In this document: piece by piece, positions 6,872 to 14,516 of the stretch
Numbering within the stretch: the first letter of the stretch is position 1
How the letters are laid out: each line of letters opens with the position of its first letter
Program-made: the position numbers and the translations under genes
Notes under the pieces: model-generated
Told to the model about the DNA's origin: nothing
What the model saw: only the letters and a program-made list of their open reading frames with translations
Databases searched by the model: none
Source: a virus
Lineage: Duplodnaviria > Heunggongvirae > Uroviricota > Caudoviricetes
Direction: 5' to 3' (one strand)
IMG/VR virus record: IMGVR_UViG_2778261424_000010
Span: 1-41,171 of that record
Length of the DNA: 41,171 bases

Positions 6872-7105
6872 ATGAGCACTGAACTACACCGCTGGCGCAA
6901 GGCCGCCACTACCGACGAATGGGCGCAGCTCGCAAAGTTGGCTAACACGACGCCAGGTTACCTGGACCAGATCGCCTACGGAAATCGCCGGGCATCTCCA
7001 GAAATGGCATCTGCTATCGAGAAAGGCACGAAGAATTTTCACCGCCAGGCTCCGGTCCTAAAAGAAAGCCTGGTATTCGCATCGCCGCGTGATACTGCGG
7101 CCTAA
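6872..7105 (+). CDS. cro: Cro/YdaS-type small HTH regulator
   Basis: 77 aa, divergent from cI across the operator cluster. The HTH-like segment is WAQLAKLANTTPGYLDQIAYG. Confidence 0.75.
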   Translation: MSTELHRWRKAATTDEWAQLAKLANTTPGYLDQIAYGNRRASPEMASAIEKGTKNFHRQAPVLKESLVFASPRDTAA

Positions 7106-7122
7106 CCACGAAAGGGAAAGCA

Positions 7123-7665
7123 ATGCATTCACTTGCGTATCAACACAATACCGGAATACACCCGGGAGCGATGATAAACCGCGCTCAACCTAAGGCGGCG
7201 CCAGACCACGAAAAGATCCGCGATGCGGTCCGGGCATGGTCTTCGGCGCTGGACAATCAGGACGTCGTTTCGGCACTGATCATCAACGAATACCGGGAGC
7301 AGGGCGGTACCGCCATCAGCTTCCCGGAAGACATCAGCCGGGCGCGCCAGAAGCTGTTTCGCTTCCTCGATAACCGTTTCGACTCTGAGCAGTACCGCGA
7401 GAACGTGCGCCAGCTGACACCCGCAATCATGGCGGTCCTGCCGGTTGAGTATCGCACTCGCCTGATCGGTGCCGATTGCAAAATGTCTCGCCTGGCTGAG
7501 GCCGAGAAAGAACTCGCAGAGGCTAAACAGGCAGTGCTGCTGGACGCTCCAGAGCATCAGAAGCTGAAAGAGGTAAGCGAGGGTATAGCGTCGCTGTTCC
7601 GCCTCATGCCTGAGCAGGTAGGGCCGCTGATGACGATGGTTACGTCGATGCTGGGGGCTATGTGA
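7123..7665 (+). CDS. ydaT: YdaT-family protein in the cII position
   Basis: 180 aa. The segment EYREQGG...QLTPAIMAVLPVEYRTRL parallels Rac YdaT (EEYLRQGG...LIPAILAILPRELRHRL) as I remember it. It is the second gene of the PR operon. Confidence 0.65.
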   Translation: MHSLAYQHNTGIHPGAMINRAQPKAAPDHEKIRDAVRAWSSALDNQDVVSALIINEYREQGGTAISFPEDISRARQKLFRFLDNRFDSEQYRENVRQLTPAIMAVLPVEYRTRLIGADCKMSRLAEAEKELAEAKQAVLLDAPEHQKLKEVSEGIASLFRLMPEQVGPLMTMVTSMLGAM

Positions 7666-7901
7666 TGGGAAGTTTCAAAAATGGCGAAAGCCAGTCTGCG
7701 CTAACAGAACTGGCCTTCAGATGCAAATCGTGTGCACTCATTGCAGGAGGAATAATGGCAAAAAATCCACGCTATTACCATACCGCTGTACATAAAAACA
7801 TAACCCGCGACCGCTTCATCCGCTCGGTTAACCCGATTGTGGCAGAGAAGATGCGCGCCATCCTGGAAGAACTGAAACGTAAGGAGAGTGGCCGTGGGTA
7901 A
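7665..7901 (+). CDS. Hypothetical small protein (start uncertain)
   Basis: The ORF opens at GTG 7662 / ATG 7665. An internal ATG at 7755 has a much better SD (GCAGGAGGAATA) and would give 48 aa. Confidence 0.4.
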   Translation: MGSFKNGESQSALTELAFRCKSCALIAGGIMAKNPRYYHTAVHKNITRDRFIRSVNPIVAEKMRAILEELKRKESGRG

Positions 7902-8790
7902 CGTATCTAATTTAGCCGAAGCCAGAGAGGCCAGAAGGCTCCAGAAACCGCGCACGAATGACGGTAAGGGGTTTGCCTTGCTGCACCGTAAAATTATGGA
8001 TGTGCCGTTCTACAAGGATGCTGAGGCGGCTCATTTGTGGGTTCACCTGCTCCTGCGTGCCAATCACGAACAGACACTGGTATCCACGGATGTCGGCGAT
8101 GTGATCTGTGAACGCGGAGAGTTCATCACCGGGCGCAACACACTGGCAATGGAAACGGGTTTGACCGCTGATCGCGTTAAATCACTGCTCCGTAAATTCC
8201 AGAACCTGGGCATGATCACCACCAAATCGAACAACCGTTTTACTGTTCTAAAAGTGGTCAAATATGACGAATATCAGTCAAATTTTTGTCCAGCCGATGC
8301 CCAGCCAGTGTCCAGCGCAAACGCAGTTATATCAATGCCTGCGGAGGTGGAGTGTCCAGCCGATGTCCAGCCAGTGTCCACAGATAACAATATATTAAAT
8401 AACTCTCTTACTAACGTAAGAGAGTGTGCATCAGCAGCAGAAAAACCAGAGCAGAAAAAACCTTCTCTCAGCTGTGAGCAGGTAGTCGAGGTTTACCATC
8501 GCGTACTGCCTGAAGCCCAGAGCATCAGGATACTGACTGACAAGCGCCGTGCTCTGATCCGCACCTTCTGGCAGAAGGCCGGGAAAGTAACTCAGCAGCT
8601 CGACGGCCATAAGTTCACCTTGAGCGACTGGGAATCGTATCTGAGCTACATCGCCACTAACTGCCGCTGGATGCTGGAGAACCGCCCAGACCAGCGCACG
8701 GGACGCACATGGCGCCGCAAGGCTCTCGAATACTTCCTGAACGTGGATGTGTATGCCAAGACGCGCGAGGGGGCCTGTGATGACCTCTGA
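7888..8790 (+). CDS. Replication initiator (O-like; winged-helix N-domain plus conserved phage C-terminal domain)
   Basis: About 300 aa, with iterons embedded mid-gene. The C-terminal segment VVEVYHRVLP...FWQKAG...DWESYLSYIA is typical of the conserved phage C-terminus family. The likely true start is GTG 7894, 7 nt after AAGGAG. Confidence 0.8.
   Translation: MAVGNVSNLAEAREARRLQKPRTNDGKGFALLHRKIMDVPFYKDAEAAHLWVHLLLRANHEQTLVSTDVGDVICERGEFITGRNTLAMETGLTADRVKSLLRKFQNLGMITTKSNNRFTVLKVVKYDEYQSNFCPADAQPVSSANAVISMPAEVECPADVQPVSTDNNILNNSLTNVRECASAAEKPEQKKPSLSCEQVVEVYHRVLPEAQSIRILTDKRRALIRTFWQKAGKVTQQLDGHKFTLSDWESYLSYIATNCRWMLENRPDQRTGRTWRRKALEYFLNVDVYAKTREGACDDL
8287..8424. repeat. Putative origin of replication inside the initiator gene
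   Basis: The 28-bp unit TGTCCAGCCGATG(C/T)CCAGCCAGTGTCCA occurs at 8287-8314 and 8353-8380, each built from (G/C)CCAGCC / GTCCA sub-repeats. An AT-rich stretch follows at 8381-8402. It is followed by a perfect 9-bp inverted repeat CTCTCTTAC-TAAC-GTAAGAGAG (8403-8424). Confidence 0.6.
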
Positions 8791-10213
8791 AATCCTGACC
8801 GTACCCCACAACGTCGAAGCAGAGCAGAGCGTCATCGGCGGACTCCTGCTGGACGATGACAACAGCGAGCGTGTTCAAAAAGTGCTGGCAATGCTCAAGC
8901 CTGAGTCGTTTTACATCCGGGTTCATCAGATCGTCTTTGCTGAATTACGTGACATGTTCCGAGCTAACAAGCCAGTCGATGGGTTGACGCTTTTCGACTC
9001 TCTGGAAAGCAAAGGACTTACGGAGCAGATCGGCGGTTTCGCCTACATCGCGCAGATCGCAAAAAACACACCGAGCGCTGCAAACATCGTGGCATACGCT
9101 GCATCAGTCCGCGAAGCCGCAATGGAGCGCTATGGCATCAGCCGACTGACCGAAGCTACTGAGCTGCTGTATTCCCGCAATGGCATGAGCGCCACGCAGA
9201 AGTACGAGGCAATTCAGGGTGTTTTCACCCAACTCGCAGACCATTCAAAAACCGGAAGTCGTCGTGGGTTGCGGTCGTTCGGCGAGGTTATGGATGACTG
9301 GGTGGCAGATCTGGAGAAGCGATTTGACCCTTCAGGCGAACAGCGCGGAATGAGTACCGGAATCCCGTCACTCGACCGACTGCTGGCGCCGAAAGGTCTG
9401 GTTAAAGGCTCTCTGTTCGTGATTGGCGCAAGGCCAAAGATGGGCAAGACAACCCTATACGGGCAGATGGCGATCAACTGCGCGGTTCGTGAGAAAAAGC
9501 CAGCGCTGATGTTCAGCCTGGAAATGCCAGGCGACCAGATCCTCGAAAAACTGGTTGGTCAGAAGTCGGGCATTAACCCGAGCATTTTTTACATGCCCGC
9601 CACGGATGATGCCGATGACCAGTACCAGGGCGACTACGACGGCGACTTTAAGAAAGCGATCGCCACAGCCGGTCGGTTGAGTGAAATCGACATGCTATAC
9701 ATCGACGACACTCCAGGCCTGTCACTGGCGCACATCGTTAGCGAAAGCCGCCGAATCAAGCGCGAGAAGGGCTGCGTAGGAATGATTCTGGTTGACTACC
9801 TGACGCTGATGACCGCCGAAAAAGCCGACCGTAATGACCTGGCCTACGGGATGATCACCAAAGGTCTGAAGAATCTCGCAAAAGAGCTTGGCTGCGTCGT
9901 CGTGCTGCTGACCCAGCTCAACCGCGAACTGGAGAAGCGAGTGAATAAACGCCCGTTACCGAGCGATTCCCGCGACACAGGACAGATTGAGCAGGACTGC
10001 GACTACTGGGTTGGTATCCACCGGGAAGGTGCTTTCGATGACAGCGTGCCGCCGGGAGAAACCGAGTTAATCCTGCGACTCAATCGCCACGGCAGTACCG
10101 GAACGGTTTATTGCAATCAGATCAACGGGGCAATTTACGACACAGACCAGCAGGCCGCCGCCGCAGAACGCCGCGGGCGTGAGCAGCAGCCGAAAAAGAA
10201 AGGGGGATTCTGA
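8780..10213 (+). CDS. dnaB: DnaB-family replicative helicase
   Basis: 477 aa from ATG 8780. The N-terminus VPHNVEAEQSVIGGLLLD, the Walker A GARPKMGKTT, and the DnaB C-terminal motifs (LTQLNR) are present. Confidence 0.9.
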   Translation: MTSEILTVPHNVEAEQSVIGGLLLDDDNSERVQKVLAMLKPESFYIRVHQIVFAELRDMFRANKPVDGLTLFDSLESKGLTEQIGGFAYIAQIAKNTPSAANIVAYAASVREAAMERYGISRLTEATELLYSRNGMSATQKYEAIQGVFTQLADHSKTGSRRGLRSFGEVMDDWVADLEKRFDPSGEQRGMSTGIPSLDRLLAPKGLVKGSLFVIGARPKMGKTTLYGQMAINCAVREKKPALMFSLEMPGDQILEKLVGQKSGINPSIFYMPATDDADDQYQGDYDGDFKKAIATAGRLSEIDMLYIDDTPGLSLAHIVSESRRIKREKGCVGMILVDYLTLMTAEKADRNDLAYGMITKGLKNLAKELGCVVVLLTQLNRELEKRVNKRPLPSDSRDTGQIEQDCDYWVGIHREGAFDDSVPPGETELILRLNRHGSTGTVYCNQINGAIYDTDQQAAAAERRGREQQPKKKGGF

Positions 10214-10557
10214 TGACCATAACAATCCACGGGCAGATTCATGCAGCCCTGCGTAACAACCCGGGCCTGAACAGTGCTCGTATTGCCAGCATGATCGGCA
10301 TGACCACCAAAAAGATTTCCGGCCCGTTAAGCACGTTGTTTGCAGACGGCCTGATCGAGTTCGAAGGTAAGCATGGCCAGCGGCTGTATCGGCTGACCAG
10401 CTACGGAATGAAATACGCACCGGAAACCATACCTGCCATGCCGAAGGGTAATTCGAAGCTGGTGCAGCGCACAGAGAAAAACGTGATCTGCCAGGAGTGC
10501 CGCAACAGCGCGGCTATGAAGCGAGTATTGATGGTTTGGGGGAGGGCAGGGGTATGA
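10213..10557 (+). CDS. Hypothetical protein with a winged-helix-like N-terminus
   Basis: 114 aa with a start coupled to the dnaB stop (TGATG). LNSARIASMIGMTTKKISGPLSTLFADGLIE looks like a MarR-type wHTH. Confidence 0.55.
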   Translation: MTITIHGQIHAALRNNPGLNSARIASMIGMTTKKISGPLSTLFADGLIEFEGKHGQRLYRLTSYGMKYAPETIPAMPKGNSKLVQRTEKNVICQECRNSAAMKRVLMVWGRAGV

Positions 10558-10802
10558 GCGAATGGAGTGATTATCGCTGGATGGTTAGGACCATGGCGAA
10601 GGATAACGGTGTAACGCTCATCAGCATCGCCAAGCACTGCGGCGTATCGAACAGGAAACTTAATCAGATTCTCCAAGCGGGGCCATCCAAAGAACAGGAA
10701 GAACTCATAGCCGAAGCTCTGGGCTGCGCAGGGTGTGACCTTGCGGAAATCCACAGGCAAATGGGCGAGTTATCAGACAAGTACGGGAGGGCAGGGGTAT
10801 GA
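10554..10802 (+). CDS. Hypothetical small HTH-like protein
   Basis: 82 aa from ATG 10554 (ATGA coupling). An 18-bp direct repeat flanks it exactly. Confidence 0.5.
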   Translation: MSEWSDYRWMVRTMAKDNGVTLISIAKHCGVSNRKLNQILQAGPSKEQEELIAEALGCAGCDLAEIHRQMGELSDKYGRAGV

Positions 10803-11095
10803 AAATTTACATCGCAGGACCAATGACAGGTTACGAAAATTACAACCGTCCGATGTTTAACGCAGTAGCACAGCAGATGTTATCAGGTGGTCATGTGGCA
10901 TTAAATCCGGCCACGCTCCCGGATGGTTTATCTCAGCGTGAGTATATGGACATCTGCCTGGCGATGCTTCGCTGCGCCGACGCCATTCACATGCTGCATG
11001 GGTGGCAAGAGTCGGAAGGTGCCGTCGCTGAGCATGCCATGGCTAAAAAGCTGGGAATTAAAATTTCTTACCAATTTGAAGGAGCTGCCGCATGA
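10799..11095 (+). CDS. DUF4406-like protein (nucleoside 2-deoxyribosyltransferase-like fold)
   Basis: 98 aa. MKIYIAGPMTG...N...F matches the DUF4406 N-terminal signature as I remember it. Confidence 0.6.
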   Translation: MKIYIAGPMTGYENYNRPMFNAVAQQMLSGGHVALNPATLPDGLSQREYMDICLAMLRCADAIHMLHGWQESEGAVAEHAMAKKLGIKISYQFEGAAA

Positions 11096-11388
11096 AACCA
11101 ACATACGAAGAACTTGAAGCCAAGTGCGCGGCTCTGGCTGCGGAGAATGCGGGGCTGAATAACTTCATTAAGGCTGATTGCTGGGTCTGGGATGACAAAG
11201 CCGAAGAATATATCGACGCAGTTGATTGTATGCCAGAAATCCCGGCAACAGACGCTTTCCTGGCTGAAGTGCGGGCCAGCGGTGTGGAGATGCTTGCCAG
11301 AGAAACAGAAAAACTCGGATGGCATGAATCAACAGTAAGATTTGTGCTGAAGTTCGCTGCCCAAATTCGTAAAGGAGCGCAGTCATGA
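11092..11388 (+). CDS. Hypothetical nin-region protein
   Basis: 98 aa with ATGA-coupled starts at both ends and an N-terminal coiled-coil. Confidence 0.5.
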   Translation: MKPTYEELEAKCAALAAENAGLNNFIKADCWVWDDKAEEYIDAVDCMPEIPATDAFLAEVRASGVEMLARETEKLGWHESTVRFVLKFAAQIRKGAQS

Positions 11389-11570
11389 AAAACCGTAAAG
11401 CCAAAATCATCGTTCTTCGCGCTCTGAAAAACTGCTACCCGCGCCAATGGCTGAATGTAAGCAATCGACGCATGGTTCTCTTCACGCTCGGTGGTGTTAG
11501 CCGTGAAGGGCATCAATTCAAAAAGAGCGCAGCACAGAATCGCTGGAAGAATCATGTGAGGTTCCAATGA
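11385..11570 (+). CDS. Hypothetical small basic protein
   Basis: 61 aa, translationally coupled at both ends. Confidence 0.4.
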   Translation: MKNRKAKIIVLRALKNCYPRQWLNVSNRRMVLFTLGGVSREGHQFKKSAAQNRWKNHVRFQ

Positions 11571-12322
11571 GCAACATCGACAAACATGCCGTCCAAGCAG
11601 TTGCCGATTTGAAAGCTGGTTACACCCTCGGTCACGCTGATGTGGCAATCCTGAACGAGTTGGCGCGTATCGCGCTGGCATCGCTCGAAGCGGAGGCTGT
11701 GGCTGATGTTGTCGCATGGTCTTCGCCAAACGAAGAGCGAACCTGTGATATCCGTATGCGTCGTCATGATATCAAGCCTGGCTCGCTCTACACCGCACCG
11801 CCAGCGCCGGAATTCTACAAGATAGGTGACGCCACCATGCGCCACATCTTCACGCCCGCTGTCATAACTGATGTTTCTGACATGCAGGCTGTGTTTGACC
11901 AGATTGAAACCGTGTTGGCAGGAATGTGGCAGCCAGCACCGGTATCTGTGCCTGATGAGCTAACCCGCGAAGAGTACAAGCGTCGGTTCATGGAAGATGA
12001 CTCTTTTGATGACACTTTCCGAGGTGGCTGGAACGCCTGCCGCGCCGCCATGCTTCATGGTGCCGAACCTGTAAGTAATCGTGATGAGTTGACAGACGGT
12101 TGGGTGGCTTGCAGTAAGCGGATGCCAAGCCCATCAACAGGTGTGATAGTTGCTGCGCCATGGCAATCAGCTCCTGGCGGCTATGCAATGAAGTGGGCAA
12201 CAAATTGCCCTGGGCATCCGGATGCAGATATAGATGGCTGGATTATACCAGGAGCATCATGGAGCCCAACCCACTGGATGCCGCTGCCGGCAGCGCCGCA
12301 GCAGGAAGATATTATTTGCTGA
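11567..12322 (+). CDS. DUF551-domain protein
   Basis: 251 aa. The C-terminus GWVACSKRMP...THWMPLPAAP is the DUF551 signature common in lambdoid nin regions. Confidence 0.65.
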   Translation: MSNIDKHAVQAVADLKAGYTLGHADVAILNELARIALASLEAEAVADVVAWSSPNEERTCDIRMRRHDIKPGSLYTAPPAPEFYKIGDATMRHIFTPAVITDVSDMQAVFDQIETVLAGMWQPAPVSVPDELTREEYKRRFMEDDSFDDTFRGGWNACRAAMLHGAEPVSNRDELTDGWVACSKRMPSPSTGVIVAAPWQSAPGGYAMKWATNCPGHPDADIDGWIIPGASWSPTHWMPLPAAPQQEDIIC

Positions 12323-12323
12323 T

Positions 12324-12761
12324 CTAAGATGGTCTGTATGTAACAACCACCCCTAACTTACTGCCTACCGCATTGAGAGAATTAGAAATAGTTGTATAGG
12401 TTTCTTTGGGGGTGGTGTTTCTTCCTTCTTCTAAAATAGACGCAATAAGATTCAGATTCCACGAGGCCTTAAGGACATCTTTGTATCGAGGAAGGAGACG
12501 TAAAGTAGCCAACATTCCATACAAGGGTATGGCATTAGATTTTGACAACAGCAAAGCTGACGCCTGTTTGATTTCGTTTATTACTTCGCTTTTCGCATTG
12601 ATGCTAAGGATTTTATTTTGCTCACGCAGGAGAATGGCCGAAACCATCCCCAAATGTTCCTTGAATGAAATGTAAGGATCAAGCATGGATTTTACAAATA
12701 TCTGACCCAACACAAACACTGAAACACCAGTAATGACGGTAGTAAACACCCCATTATTCAT
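12324..12761 (-). CDS. Moron-encoded membrane-anchored protein, unknown function
   Basis: 145 aa. The N-terminal TM helix is VFTTVITGVSVFVLGQIFV, followed by a helical soluble part. The gene is AT-rich and antisense to the whole PR operon. Its stop lies 1 nt from the DUF551 stop. Confidence 0.7.
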   Translation of the reverse strand: MNNGVFTTVITGVSVFVLGQIFVKSMLDPYISFKEHLGMVSAILLREQNKILSINAKSEVINEIKQASALLLSKSNAIPLYGMLATLRLLPRYKDVLKASWNLNLIASILEEGRNTTPKETYTTISNSLNAVGSKLGVVVTYRPS

Positions 12762-12821
12762 AACCAGGCCATCCCTTCTGTTTTTTATCCCGATATCATA
12801 ATCTACGGATTGTTTAACAAG

Positions 12822-12959
12822 CTAGATCAAATCCAGCCTTCCCTGAAGTACTAATTGCAAATGTATTTTGTGAATCATCCCGGCGGGTAGAGATTTATAA
12901 ACCAGCATCAAGACACCAATGGCCTCTTCGAAGGCCTTTCTCTTATGTTGATTTTCCAT
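12822..12959 (-). CDS. Possible 45-aa upstream partner ORF
   Basis: MENQHKRKAFEEAIGVLMLVYKSLPAGMIHKIHLQLVLQGRLDLI from ATG 12959. The SD is weak. It shares the strand and the AT-rich island with the 145-aa gene. Confidence 0.25.
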   Translation of the reverse strand: MENQHKRKAFEEAIGVLMLVYKSLPAGMIHKIHLQLVLQGRLDLI

Positions 12960-13129
12960 AATCAACCAGCCATAATTTAACCGTCGTCGGAGTTGAACGC
13001 CCGACGGTAAGACTTCTGCGCATTTAAGGGGACTTAAATGCGACCACAATATGAACTTCTCACCTTGTCACAGATGCAGAAATGCACCTGCGATTTTCTG
13101 TATTCTGCGTTACCTCTCGGAGGTGGCGT

Positions 13130-13567
13130 ATGAAACAGCCTGTTTTCTACCTCCGCGACGAACGCGTTCGCGATAACCTCATCGACTACATCAGGAAGCT
13201 GCCTGTTAACGACGCTCTGCCGCTCGTGGTGAAGTTTTCTGAGGCTGACCGCACTCTCGCCCAAAACGACCTCTTCCACGCTCTCTGTGGCGATACAGCG
13301 AAGCAATTGCAATGGGCTGGCAAGTCGCGCGACCTCGCTTCATGGAAAGTCCTGTATGTCTCAGGCCATGCCATTGCCACCGGTAAGCCTGGTGAAGTGG
13401 TGCCGGGTCTGGAAGGGGAGTTCTGCGCCATCCGGGAAAGCACTGCGAAGATGGGCATCCGTCGCATGACCAGTCTCATCGAATACAGCCAGGCATTTGC
13501 TGTGCAAAACGGCGTGCAACTCCGTGAAGTTCGCTACTCAGGTGATTACTTCGGGAGGGTTGCGTAA
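13130..13567 (+). CDS. ninB: NinB recombination protein
   Basis: 145 aa from ATG 13130 (SD GGAGGTGG). LAQNDLFHALCGD...W...WK parallels lambda NinB (LDQNRKLWACLGD). Confidence 0.85.
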   Translation: MKQPVFYLRDERVRDNLIDYIRKLPVNDALPLVVKFSEADRTLAQNDLFHALCGDTAKQLQWAGKSRDLASWKVLYVSGHAIATGKPGEVVPGLEGEFCAIRESTAKMGIRRMTSLIEYSQAFAVQNGVQLREVRYSGDYFGRVA

Positions 13568-13737
13568 TGGCTAGCCCTCTCGCTCGCATCATCACCAACG
13601 AAATCTACCGGGTCCGGACACGCACTAAGCGCAAGCCTGAACTCAAGCCATCCGAAATCCCATCACTGCTCGGCTACACCGCGCGACTGACCCAGGTGAA
13701 ATGGGATCGCCTGAAAGCGCGGAGGTCACATGGCTAA
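13567..13737 (+). CDS. ninE: NinE-like small protein (not in the ORF track)
   Basis: 56 aa: [56 protein letters not shown]. The basic-KPxP and YTAxL...W..R...R pattern resembles DLP12/lambda NinE. Both ends are translationally coupled. Confidence 0.5.
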   Translation: MASPLARIITNEIYRVRTRTKRKPELKPSEIPSLLGYTARLTQVKWDRLKARRSHG

Positions 13738-14020
13738 TTTATGCAAAGCGGCACGCGGCCGCGATTGTCAGGTGCGGATCCCCGGCGTATGCAACGGCAA
13801 TCCTGAAACCTCAGTACTGGCTCACATACGTCTTGCTGGTCTATGCGGGACCGGAATCAAGCCGCCTGACCTGATCGCCACCATCGCATGCAGCAGTTGC
13901 CACGACGAGATTGATCGCCGCACCCGTCTGGTCGATGCGGAATTTGCAAAGGAGTGCGCGCTGGAAGGCATGGCTCGCACGCAGGTCATCTGGCTTAAAG
14001 AGGGGCTCGTGAAAGCATGA
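13730..14020 (+). CDS. ybcO: YbcO-like (DUF1364) protein
   Basis: 96 aa, near-identical in pattern to DLP12 YbcO ([29 protein letters not shown]...CHDEIDRRT). Confidence 0.8.
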   Translation: MANLCKAARGRDCQVRIPGVCNGNPETSVLAHIRLAGLCGTGIKPPDLIATIACSSCHDEIDRRTRLVDAEFAKECALEGMARTQVIWLKEGLVKA

Positions 14021-14379
14021 ATGAATACCGCATTAGCCTCCCGTGGCCGCCGAGCAACAACCGCTACTACCGGCATAACCGCGGGCGCACGCACATCAGC
14101 ACAGAGGGGCAGGCGTACCGCGACAGTGTCGCCAGAATCATCAAAGACTCAATGCTGGATATCGGCCTGGCTACACCCGTGAAAATCCGCATTGAGTGCC
14201 ACATGCCGGATCGCCGTCGCCGTGACCTGGATAATCTGCAAAAGGCCGCTTTTGACGCACTCACCAAAGCAGGTTTCTGGCTGGACGATGCTCAGGTCGT
14301 TGATTATCGCGTTGTGAAGATGCCCGTTACCAAAGGTGGAAAGCTGGAACTGACAATCACCGGGCTGGAGGCCGTATGA
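14017..14379 (+). CDS. rusA: RusA Holliday-junction resolvase
   Basis: 120 aa. [19 protein letters not shown]...[28 protein letters not shown] matches E. coli RusA almost residue for residue. Confidence 0.92.
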   Translation: MNEYRISLPWPPSNNRYYRHNRGRTHISTEGQAYRDSVARIIKDSMLDIGLATPVKIRIECHMPDRRRRDLDNLQKAAFDALTKAGFWLDDAQVVDYRVVKMPVTKGGKLELTITGLEAV

Positions 14380-14516
14380 CATTTGAATCCTGTTTTTCCG
14401 ATCACCTCCGCGTTCGCTGGCAGCGGCTTCGCTTATACCACTTTCCCGGCTCTGTGCTAACGGACTACCGGATACTGAAGAATTACGTGAAAACTTATGC
14501 TGGAGAAGCGCTATGA
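14376..14516 (+). CDS. ylcG: YlcG-like small protein (not in the ORF track)
   Basis: 46 aa: [46 protein letters not shown]. It has ATGA coupling to both rusA and Q, the same position as ylcG in DLP12. Confidence 0.45.
   Translation: MTFESCFSDHLRVRWQRLRLYHFPGSVLTDYRILKNYVKTYAGEAL

Noticed and set aside
8287-8380. Repeat block as a possible CRISPR-like array
   Set aside because: There are only two 28-bp units. They lie inside a coding region and are followed by an AT-rich tract and a palindrome. An origin iteron interpretation fits far better, and no cas genes are present.
11058-11729. 223-aa minus-strand ORF
   Set aside because: It is antisense to four translationally coupled plus-strand nin-region genes. 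It has no SD and an implausible composition.
12406-12675. 89-aa plus-strand ORF inside the AT-rich island
   Set aside because: The minus-strand 145-aa frame is longer. It has a coherent TM-plus-helical architecture and an upstream -10-like hexamer. The plus-strand product is Arg/Phe-rich with no start context.
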